This document shows positions 17,812 through 24,579 of a stretch of 62,525 nt of DNA, in pieces. Below the pieces are notes generated by a model, which was given only the letters and a program-made list of their open reading frames with translations, was not told the DNA's origin and did no database searches. The stretch's first letter is position 1, and each line of letters starts with the position of its first letter. The position numbers and the translations under genes are program-made. Location of the stretch: the IMG/VR virus record IMGVR_UViG_3300029672_000003; one strand, written 5' to 3'. The stretch is from a virus.

Positions 17812-18042
17812 CTAAATAAAGGTCATTCCGCTGGATGTTGCACGAAACGGAAGAGATTTTAATTCTGTTTTTCCATTCTCCGGATAAAAAACAACTTTCT
17901 TGTGGCATTTTCTGCACTCAACAGAAATTTGCATTGTTGAACGCCCATCGTGTGTGGCAACTTTTCTTCCGCAACGCGGGCAATATATTGTTTTTGGTGT
18001 ATATACCATAAAGTCCTCTTTTCTTTGAAAAAGAAAAAGCAC
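17812..18042 (-). CDS. Small zinc-ribbon protein (probable start MVYTPK at 18009)
   Basis: CPRCGRK...CRKCHKK. Confidence 0.55.
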   Translation of the reverse strand: MLFLFQRKEDFMVYTPKTIYCPRCGRKVATHDGRSTMQISVECRKCHKKVVFYPENGKTELKSLPFRATSSGMTFI

Positions 18043-18153
18043 CGGAGATTCCTCTTCGATGCTCTTCCAATGGGGGATGGTAAAGTGTTCAACTATTTGT
18101 TGACTTCTTCGATTATAACTATATCAGAAAAAAAACGGACATATCGGACAACT

Positions 18154-18588
18154 TTACTCTTTCATAAATCTATCAAACGCTTTTCTCACGCTGTCTTCTG
18201 TGTTATTGCCTCCTATTTGGTCGGCAACCTTATTCCAAGATTGATTTTCTAAAAATCTAAGGTTAATTATTCTTCTAATTCTGCTATCTTTTATATTTGC
18301 AATAAACTCTTCTACTTCATTTGTTTTTTCAAGAAGTTCGTTTTCCAAAATTTCGAGGGTGGTTTTTCTGGAATATAACAAGGTTTTTTTGTGCCTATAT
18401 TCTGGCAATGGTATTCCTTCTATTTTAAAATGTTGGTTTCCACCATTTCCGCCAGAAACGCTATCAATAACCGTTCCTTCCTGCTCAATTTTTTCTATGT
18501 ATTTTTCAAGCTTTTCAATTTTATTCCTTACTTCTTTCACTTCTTCTCTTAAATCTAAGTATTGATTTAAAATATCTTTGTTTACCAT
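18154..18588 (-). CDS. Putative transcriptional regulator with sigma-70 region-4-like HTH
   Basis: C-terminus IKDSRIRRIINLRFLENQSWNKVADQIGGNNTEDSVRKAFDRFMKE. N-terminal coiled coil. Confidence 0.5.
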   Translation of the reverse strand: MVNKDILNQYLDLREEVKEVRNKIEKLEKYIEKIEQEGTVIDSVSGGNGGNQHFKIEGIPLPEYRHKKTLLYSRKTTLEILENELLEKTNEVEEFIANIKDSRIRRIINLRFLENQSWNKVADQIGGNNTEDSVRKAFDRFMKE

Positions 18589-18589
18589 A

Positions 18590-20323
18590 TCAATACCTCC
18601 TAAACGGATTTACTGCCGCTTCTACTTTGGCTACGTTATTTCCATTTGTCACTCTAAGCGCAAAGTTTGAAAATACATCCGGCACATCATCCAATTGCTT
18701 TTTACCGGAAACTGAATATCTCTTAAGAAGAGACATCATTACTCCATATGACTCATTTGGCTTATATAATGATGGGTCTTTAAATATAACGTGCTGCAAT
18801 ATCCAGTTAGAGCACTGGAAAATCCTTGCTTCCTTGTTTGTCTCCGTCGGTGTGTCAGTAATGTTACATATCCATCCTTTTTTTTCGACACGCTTGTTTA
18901 CTTCCATTGCGACACGGTCTCCGCCGGCGTTTCTCTCAAATTCACATTCCTGCACTTTGTTGTTTGCCAGAACGTTTGCTGCATTTTCATACTGCATCTC
19001 ATAATCTGCCGTGTTATCGCAAACACAATCTACACAGTAGTAATCCTCTCCGTATTTTTGCAATACCGGCAAAACAAAGTAATCCGTTCCTTTTCCCTTT
19101 GTATCGCATTGACCGGTTACAATCTCTGGCTCTCCATGTGGCAAATTAAGATACCGGCGTATTTTATCTTCCGGAAACAGCAATCCCTCTCGCTCAATCG
19201 GTTCCTGTTTGTAAAGACAGCGATATGATATGTCGTCCATCAATAATTGTTGATCTTCAAAAAACTCTTTTGTAAAACCAGAAAACTCATATTCAAAATT
19301 GCTTTCTCCTGTAACTGGGTCTACATCTGGTACCGCAATAACCTTTACTCTCGGATTGCCCTCGTACATATTTTGTATACGCCCTATAACGTCGTGTACG
19401 CTCCATCTTGTGGCAATATGTATTTCCTTGCAGTTCTTACCGTCCGTGTCCTGTATCTTTCTCTGGCGGGCATCTACGGCATATTTATCCCACAATTTAT
19501 CAAGGATAATGGGGTTCATTGCTTCTTCAATTCCGCCTATCATATCGTCAACCAGCAAGAACTTAGATGCCCTTACTTTACCGGCATTCTTACTACCAAC
19601 AGACGTACATTGTACGGATGGAAACGATTTGTACTTCCCGACATTAAACTGCTCCATCTTTGCATTTGTGCTCGTCACGGAAAGATCCGGGAAAATTTCA
19701 TTCCATGTATATTCTTCCGTATTTGTAACGATATCGTACACACCGTCATAGTACATTCTGGTAATATCTCCGCTATGCGAATAAAAAAGACTGAAATCTC
19801 TCGGAAACCATCCGGCAACAAGTGCGTGAAACATTTTTTCTACCGTTGTTTTGCCTGCTCCCGGAACAAGAGACACGCAAAGAATGTCATATTTATCATC
19901 AATCATGCCTTGCAAAGCCTGTGTAAGACCTATTTTGAGAAATTGCTTTCTTCTTGGCATGTAAAACCGCTCTTTAGGCTCTCTCTTCTTCTCCAAATAC
20001 TGGAAGGCACTATCCAAAACTTTGTTTTGCGCTTCCAGAAGCAAAATTCCGTAGTATTTGTCCAGAATTTCATAAGATACCTTGTTTTGGAATGAATATT
20101 TCTCTAAATCCCATGGTGTGCCACCTGTAGATTGAAAGATAAACTGCTCCGTCAGTTCTTTCGCTCTGGCAGAAACCTTTAATCCATACTCAACATCCTT
20201 TTCTGTCAGAATGGCTACCCTTGCCGCTTCTGCCATGGCATCCATAACCTGTTCATCAACGCCATGCACCTGTATGTAATTTTTATATCCATTTACTGTG
20301 GAAATTAGGCTTGAACTTGCCAA
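18590..20323 (-). CDS. terL: Terminase large subunit (TTG start)
   Basis: Walker A VPGAGKTT and Walker B FLLVDDMIG. C-terminal nuclease-like half. GGAGGTG lies 8 nt upstream of the TTG at 20323. Confidence 0.9.
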   Translation of the reverse strand: MASSSLISTVNGYKNYIQVHGVDEQVMDAMAEAARVAILTEKDVEYGLKVSARAKELTEQFIFQSTGGTPWDLEKYSFQNKVSYEILDKYYGILLLEAQNKVLDSAFQYLEKKREPKERFYMPRRKQFLKIGLTQALQGMIDDKYDILCVSLVPGAGKTTVEKMFHALVAGWFPRDFSLFYSHSGDITRMYYDGVYDIVTNTEEYTWNEIFPDLSVTSTNAKMEQFNVGKYKSFPSVQCTSVGSKNAGKVRASKFLLVDDMIGGIEEAMNPIILDKLWDKYAVDARQRKIQDTDGKNCKEIHIATRWSVHDVIGRIQNMYEGNPRVKVIAVPDVDPVTGESNFEYEFSGFTKEFFEDQQLLMDDISYRCLYKQEPIEREGLLFPEDKIRRYLNLPHGEPEIVTGQCDTKGKGTDYFVLPVLQKYGEDYYCVDCVCDNTADYEMQYENAANVLANNKVQECEFERNAGGDRVAMEVNKRVEKKGWICNITDTPTETNKEARIFQCSNWILQHVIFKDPSLYKPNESYGVMMSLLKRYSVSGKKQLDDVPDVFSNFALRVTNGNNVAKVEAAVNPFRRY

Positions 20324-20427
20324 AAGAAAAGCACCTCCGCAAAAAGCAGAAGTGCTTGTAGACCTCTGCCTATAAATGTTTTAGGTTAGCGGCTACAATC
20401 CATTTTGTAGTCGGTATGTCTTATTTT

Positions 20428-20643
20428 CTAATTCCAATAAACCTTGAACCCTTTCGCCGTATAATTACTAACTGCCTGTTTCAGTTCTTCCTTGCTTTTA
20501 TATTCCTCTCGAAGCATGATTGCTACCTTGTTCTTTTCCACAGCGTATATGCCGCAGGTAACAGCGTTGCTCGCCGTATCAAGAACTGCTTTGTACTGTT
20601 TGCTGTTCATCTCGTATGTGCTGTTATTGATATTTACAATCAT
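20428..20643 (-). CDS. Hypothetical protein
   Basis: 71-aa ORF packed against its neighbours. Confidence 0.5.
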   Translation of the reverse strand: MIVNINNSTYEMNSKQYKAVLDTASNAVTCGIYAVEKNKVAIMLREEYKSKEELKQAVSNYTAKGFKVYWN

Positions 20644-20950
20644 TTTTCATAAACCTTTCAAAATCTTTGCACTCATAGTCAAGTGATGTGTCATTCCCTT
20701 TTTGGCATTTATAAAACGGATATTCTTCCCCTGTCTCTTCGTCAAAAATAAAATCCTCATCACAATATTTGCAAATTGAACAATCCTTTACATTTCTCAT
20801 AAACTCCTCAAAATCTTCCATACATTTATAGCACAAGTCGTATGTGACATTTAAAATACCATTCTTTGTAATTGAATTCCCGCACAATATTCCTTTTTTA
20901 ATTTCTGCACCACACCTGTCGCAAGTGTGCCATTCTTTTTGGTGTTTCAT
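20624..20950 (-). CDS. Cys-rich (multi CxxC) small protein
   Basis: CDRCGAE...CYKC...CSICKYC... Confidence 0.55.
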   Translation of the reverse strand: MKHQKEWHTCDRCGAEIKKGILCGNSITKNGILNVTYDLCYKCMEDFEEFMRNVKDCSICKYCDEDFIFDEETGEEYPFYKCQKGNDTSLDYECKDFERFMKNDCKYQ

Positions 20951-20953
20951 TAG

Positions 20954-21106
20954 TTACCACTCTCTGTATGAATTGAAAAAGTCCTCATCTTTTCCAATTC
21001 CAAGATGCTCTCTCAATGCAAAATTTGTTATCCGTTCCCGATTAAATGAATTGCTGACAATATAACTTGCAAGTTCTCCGTCTTTCCATCCGTCCGCACT
21101 TGTCAT
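20954..21106 (-). CDS. 50-aa ORF, in frame with both flanking genes (possible readthrough extension of 21155-21361)
   Basis: MTSADGWKDGELASYIV... No good RBS. The frame is open back to the TAG at 21155. Confidence 0.35.
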   Translation of the reverse strand: MTSADGWKDGELASYIVSNSFNRERITNFALREHLGIGKDEDFFNSYREW

Positions 21107-21154
21107 AGAATCATAAATTTGCTTATATTCTCCGGTCAGTTTATTAAATTCAAA

Positions 21155-21397
21155 CTAGCCTAAGTCAAGTGTCACTCCATAATCATAAAATCCCCTGTCG
21201 GACCACTTGCTGACATAATACATTAACTGCTTATATGAGAATCCAAGCCTTTCAAAAATATTACCGATAGTTCTTATGCTCAATTCCTTATTGCTCGAAT
21301 GTAATTTTCTTTTCTGCTCATTTACGCAAGCTCTGAAAAATATTTCTTCTAATGGTTTCATTCTTCCGCTACCTTTTCTTGAATCTCCGTTCTGCAC
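21155..21397 (-). CDS. Hypothetical protein (probable start MKPLEE at 21361, ATGA-coupled)
   Basis: ATGA overlap with the upstream gene. Confidence 0.55.
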   Translation of the reverse strand: MQNGDSRKGSGRMKPLEEIFFRACVNEQKRKLHSSNKELSIRTIGNIFERLGFSYKQLMYYVSKWSDRGFYDYGVTLDLG

Positions 21398-21591
21398 TTA
21401 TCAACTATTACCGCATCTCTCTCAGCTATCGTTTCTGGTATTTTTCCAAAATGTTCCAAGGCATATTTGTTTACAGCTTCTCTTGAAATATTCACACCAA
21501 AATTTCTAAGTGCTTCTGTTTGTGGTTGATACCATGATGAAATTTTATTCATTCTTCCACCAACTTTCTTAAAATCTAATGTCTTTTTCAA
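21358..21591 (-). CDS. Hypothetical protein
   Basis: ORF with 4-nt overlaps on both sides. Confidence 0.55.
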   Translation of the reverse strand: MKKTLDFKKVGGRMNKISSWYQPQTEALRNFGVNISREAVNKYALEHFGKIPETIAERDAVIVDKCRTEIQEKVAEE

Positions 21592-21893
21592 GCATTTGAA
21601 TCAGTAGTTTTTAAATATTCAACGAACTGTGCCCAAGCCTGTTCGCATGTTAAATCGCCAACAGGATTTTGAACATAGTATTCTTGGAAATATTCCCTGG
21701 CCTTTTCTTTTTCATCTTCGGAATATAAATCCCATTTAGAAACTCCAGATTTCTTTTTGAAAAATTCACATTCATGTTCACTGTCAGCAAATCCAGCACC
21801 AGAAATCCATTTTCCCGGATGGTTGCACATTTCAGCCATCCCTACAACTTCGTTTCTATCAAATCCAAGGTAAACACAATCATAACACGTCAT
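21588..21893 (-). CDS. Hypothetical Cys-containing protein
   Basis: ORF with 4-nt overlaps on both sides. Confidence 0.55.
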   Translation of the reverse strand: MTCYDCVYLGFDRNEVVGMAEMCNHPGKWISGAGFADSEHECEFFKKKSGVSKWDLYSEDEKEKAREYFQEYYVQNPVGDLTCEQAWAQFVEYLKTTDSNA

Positions 21894-22120
21894 TCTTCAA
21901 CCAACTTTCTGCCGCACATCGGACAAAATACAATATCAAAGTATCCTTTTGCCATACAGTAGTTTGAATAAATCACAATTCCGGGAACTTTGTCCCCTGT
22001 ATTCATCATAATTTGCGCATTTGTCAAATTCTTTTCATTTGCACACTTCTGAATGAGAATATTAGCGCCGAATATTCTGTTATTATCGTAATTCTTGCAA
22101 AATTTACACATTTCAATCAC
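21890..22120 (-). CDS. Small zinc-finger protein
   Basis: CKFCKN...CPMCGRK. Confidence 0.55.
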   Translation of the reverse strand: MIEMCKFCKNYDNNRIFGANILIQKCANEKNLTNAQIMMNTGDKVPGIVIYSNYCMAKGYFDIVFCPMCGRKLVEE

Positions 22121-22326
22121 TTCCTAATAAACCTAGGTTCACAATCTTCCAAAGTTGTTACTTCTATCATTTCCGGTTCATGTCTGCAAATCCTTCCGTT
22201 TAAATCAATATATGGTTCCAGTTCTATCTTCGTACGAAAACCATATGGAGTTTTGCAATAAGGGCACGCTTTTTTGTCACTTTCAATTGGTGCGCCACAA
22301 TTTACACAGTTTAAAATCATGCTCAT
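22117..22326 (-). CDS. Small zinc-ribbon protein
   Basis: CVNCGAP...CPYCKTP. Confidence 0.55.
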   Translation of the reverse strand: MSMILNCVNCGAPIESDKKACPYCKTPYGFRTKIELEPYIDLNGRICRHEPEMIEVTTLEDCEPRFIRK

Positions 22327-22365
22327 ATCTCCAATTAAAGAACCTTACTAAGCGGATATACAAAA

Positions 22366-22474
22366 TTGATGTGGCGTGGATTTGCACCACGCAGGAGTGT
22401 ACAATCTGGTCATCTATGTTGTCGGTTTCAACCAATTCTCTACGACAATTCCGTTTACCTATTCCGTCACACAT
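22366..22474 (-). ncRNA. tRNA-like element of abnormal length (about 109 nt)
   Basis: T-arm-like hairpin CGTGG-TGCAAAT-CCACG. A 6-bp acceptor-like pairing GATGTG/CACATC. An internal class-II-type D arm (TCG-TAGAGAATTGGTTGAAAC-CGA). Duplicated ACGGAAT. I found no foldable anticodon arm. Confidence 0.3.
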
Positions 22475-22513
22475 CAACACCCAAGACATACCTAGGATTT
22501 TCGCTCGGGCAAA

Positions 22514-22595
22514 CGCCGTACACAGGATTTGAACCTGCAAGCCTTTTACAGCCAACGGTTTTCAAGACCGCTCCCTCACCACCCGGACATACGGC
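22514..22595 (-). tRNA. tRNA-Ser(UGA), class II
   Basis: Acceptor GCCGTAT/GTACGGC (one G-U). Anticodon arm GCGGT-CTTGAAA-ACCGT. T arm GCAGG-TTCAAAT-CCTGT. The variable arm is long but pairs poorly, and no CCA is encoded. Confidence 0.65.
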
Positions 22596-22599
22596 ATAG

Positions 22600-22684
22600 C
22601 GCAGTGTGTAGGACTCGAACCTACAAGGCGAACAAACGCCCGGCGGCTTAGCAAGCCGTTCCAATACCATTATGGGAACACTGC
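22600..22684 (-). tRNA. tRNA-Ser(GCU), class II
   Basis: Perfect acceptor GCAGTGT/ACACTGC. D stem CCA/TGG. Anticodon loop TTGCTAA. 5-bp variable stem GGGCG/CGCCT. T arm GTAGG-TTCGAGT-CCTAC. Confidence 0.85.
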
Positions 22685-22774
22685 ATCTTGATGGTGCGAT
22701 TTCTTAAACAACCCATCCATTACAACTGTCTACCACGCACCTGCCAAACAGTGTTTTTAGGGAGTTGAGTGAAA

Positions 22775-22864
22775 TAGGGAAGAGAGGAATCGAACCTCTA
22801 TTGTTTACCACTTGGGAACTGATTTACAGTCAGCCGCAACACCGCCAATCGTTGCCGCTTCCCC
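22775..22864 (-). tRNA. tRNA-Tyr(GUA), class II
   Basis: Acceptor GGGGAAG/CTTCCCT. D stem GCAAC/GTTGC. Anticodon arm GCTGA-CTGTAAA-TCAGT. Long variable arm. T arm AGAGG-TTCGATT-CCTCT. Confidence 0.8.
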
Positions 22865-22941
22865 GGAATGCGCGGACACCTCACTCCATATCTCTGTACG
22901 CGACCGCGCTACGCATACAGTATCAGATCAGCTCGGCACCA

Positions 22942-23028
22942 TCGGAACGGAAGGATTCGAACCTTCAATCCGGCTCTCATTGTTGTTTTCCGTGTACACG
23001 CCACTTTTACCAATTAAGATACGTTCCG
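22942..23028 (-). ncRNA. tRNA-like element with no canonical anticodon arm
   Basis: Perfect acceptor CGGAACG/CGTTCCG. T arm GAAGG-TTCGAAT-CCTTC. D loop AATTGGTAA. The anticodon position holds a 31-nt segment GGC-GTGTACACGGAAAACAACAATGAGA-GCC that includes the palindrome CGTGTACACG. Confidence 0.45.
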
Positions 23029-23363
23029 AAACCGCCATCAGACGGTTAGCAATAATGTTTATCGTGCCATGCGTTGCACTATCCAGTTTACAGCCTTTCA
23101 CTGGCAACTCATTGTTGTAGTTCTGGCACCGTGGGATAGGTTTCAGAACCATTGAAAGCTATATGGATTGTGCGCCCACAAATTCTGGAACCCCAAGTTT
23201 CAACACCATATAGACTTACATCAAATACCGCTATCTGCGGTGAACGCCACCGGACGGTCTCGCACCGCCCTTAACAGAATAGTCCTAGTGGCGAAAGGAT
23301 GTGTCATGAAAAACACCAAGAAGAATATCTTTTACGGAATGAATCTTTAAATCCATTCCTCCA
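23029..23363 (-). ncRNA. About 335 nt of non-coding, hairpin-rich sequence between two tRNA-like elements
   Basis: No ORF with an RBS. Nested inverted repeats: CTATATGG/CCATATAG enclosing TTGTG-GGCG-CACAA; GTGCCA/TGGCAC enclosing CCAGT...ACTGG; CGGTG-GCGTT-CACCG; GGAATG...CATTCC. It shares CTCATTGTTGT with 22976-22986 and GGCTGTAAA with tRNA-Ser(UGA). Confidence 0.35.
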
Positions 23364-23425
23364 GTGGAGCGACAGGAATCAAACCTGCGACCGATTGAAT
23401 GCTCTACCAACTGAGCTACGTTCCA
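23364..23425 (-). ncRNA. 62-nt tRNA-like element lacking an anticodon arm
   Basis: Acceptor TGGAACG/CGCTCCA (one A-C mismatch). Canonical TA-GCTC-AGTTGGTA-GAGC D arm. T arm GCAGG-TTTGATT-CCTGT. Only ATTCAATCGGTC (about 11 nt) sits where about 22 nt of anticodon arm plus variable loop belong. Confidence 0.5.
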
Positions 23426-23548
23426 CTATGGCATATTTGAATGCCGAAATGTAGGATTTTTATCTTATTTTATATTTGCTCACAGGCATCAGTATTGAAT
23501 CGCACGCCGAGTTATTCTGATTCAAGCTGTTTTGTCTGTGAGCTTAAG

Positions 23549-23713
23549 TTATACCGGATGCTCCGATTTCTCGCTCTGGTGCTCGGCGTCGCTATCCAGA
23601 TCGAGCAAATCTCCGGTGATGTCCGGTCCTTTTGATTTTGTTATATGTATTCTTTCCTCTGCACAAATGATAGGCAGCTGAAAGCAAATATCAGATATTG
23701 GACTATAAAACAT
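23549..23713 (-). CDS. 54-aa acidic micro-protein (MFYSPISDICFQLPIICAEERIHITKSKGPDITGDLLDLDSDAEHQSEKSEHPV)
   Basis: GGAGG lies 7 nt upstream of the ATG. It directly follows the 51-aa membrane ORF. Confidence 0.5.
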   Translation of the reverse strand: MFYSPISDICFQLPIICAEERIHITKSKGPDITGDLLDLDSDAEHQSEKSEHPV

Positions 23714-23717
23714 TCTG

Positions 23718-23873
23718 TTACCTCCACATCAGAAACATGTTCAGCAACAGCAACATCACAAGTACCCATAATGCAATTGCTGTTTCTTTGTCTTTGGATT
23801 CTCTGCCAGATACAAATAGTATCAGCATAAAAATAACATCCAGCGTCGATATAATCGTTTTAATAATTACCAT
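23718..23873 (-). CDS. 51-aa two-TM membrane peptide (MVIIKTIISTLDVIFMLILFVSGRESKDKETAIALWVLVMLLLLNMFLMWR)
   Basis: RBS GAGAGGAAAA before the ATG at 23873. The track ORF (71 aa) starts inside the tRNA-like element, so the internal start is preferred. Confidence 0.5.
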   Translation of the reverse strand: MVIIKTIISTLDVIFMLILFVSGRESKDKETAIALWVLVMLLLLNMFLMWR

Positions 23874-23893
23874 GGTTGTTTTCCTCTCACAAG

Positions 23894-23964
23894 TTTCTTT
23901 AGCAGGATTCGAACCTACGAATACTGGAATCAAAATCCAGTGCCTTACCGCTTGGCGATAGCGC
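23894..23964 (-). ncRNA. tRNA-Gln(UUG)-like element without an acceptor stem
   Basis: TC-GCC-AAGCGGTAA-GGC D arm. CTGGA-TTTTGAT-TCCAG anticodon arm. GTAGG-TTCGAAT-CCTGC T arm. The 5' AGCGCTA (part of the palindrome ATAGCGCTAT) cannot pair with the 3' TAAAGAA. Confidence 0.5.
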
Positions 23965-23974
23965 TATATTAACA

Positions 23975-24304
23975 CTACTTTTCCGGCATGTAATAGACCA
24001 TGTTATCAAATACAGTTATTCCAATACAAGGATCATTCATCTCAACGCATCTGATCGATATGTTTTTAGATACTGCAAACATTTCGGCCACCTGTTGTTT
24101 ATCCATGTTTGTGCTAATAACTTGAAAAGCCGAAAATGCCTTGTGCATATCAGAGAATACTTCTTTTTCTCTACCTAAATTTGCATACGTCCCAATGGTA
24201 AACGTTTTTCCATCAACCATAGCAGTTATCATTCCATGATTTGCTGTGAATACCGCTCGGTCAAAATCAAGCGAAACGTCTTTGCTTTGTGATACTACTC
24301 TCAT
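23975..24304 (-). CDS. Hypothetical protein (MRVVSQ... family; distant paralog of 45815-46129)
   Basis: 109-aa ORF. Its N-terminus MRVVSQSKDVSLDFDRAVF resembles MRVISQDGTIDVPYEQVVI. Confidence 0.55.
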   Translation of the reverse strand: MRVVSQSKDVSLDFDRAVFTANHGMITAMVDGKTFTIGTYANLGREKEVFSDMHKAFSAFQVISTNMDKQQVAEMFAVSKNISIRCVEMNDPCIGITVFDNMVYYMPEK

Positions 24305-24421
24305 ACTTTTCCATCCAATCTCTTTTTGTTTTTGAGGATATTTAAAGGACTTAGTAGTGCTGATTTTCTCAACCTATCAAACCCCCTCCCCATCCATGCC
24401 GAATCATGCTTTGAACATTGA

Positions 24422-24556
24422 TAAATTGTTTGAATTGTTCGTTAAATTCCATTCGTATTTTACAACTATTCGCAAAACCCTTGTTTTGTGTAATGTATCA
24501 ACGATTTAATGCGCCTTAAGACCATTAAACACTGGGCTTTAAATTGTTTGAATTGT
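24422..24556. repeat. Perfect 17-bp direct repeat TAAATTGTTTGAATTGT (24422-24438 and 24540-24556) in the non-coding gap after terS
   Basis: Read directly from the sequence. It lies in a 275-nt region without a convincing ORF. Confidence 0.8.
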
Positions 24557-24579
24557 CTATTGCGTTTTTCTAGCTTTTT

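Noticed and set aside
22991-23000. Link between the CGTGTACACG palindrome in the aberrant tRNA-like element (and GTGTACAA at 22397) and the TTTGTGTAC/GTACACAAA operator of RHH gene 1
   Set aside because: The shared core is only about 7 nt (TGTACAC) and the flanks differ. It cannot be distinguished from chance without a genome-wide motif count or binding data.
22283-23152. Track ORFs across the tRNA block (22283-22555, 22467-22670, 22765-23049, 22812-23120, 22928-23152 and others)
   Set aside because: They overlap well-folding tRNAs on either strand, lack RBSs, and have tRNA-derived odd compositions. They are treated as non-coding.
23029-23363. Group I intron or tmRNA identity for the 335-nt structured segment
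   Set aside because: I could not find tRNA half-exons flanking it, a tmRNA-type GGGG…acceptor with a tag ORF, or recognisable P/Q/R/S or G-binding elements. It is left as unassigned structured RNA pending covariance-model searches.
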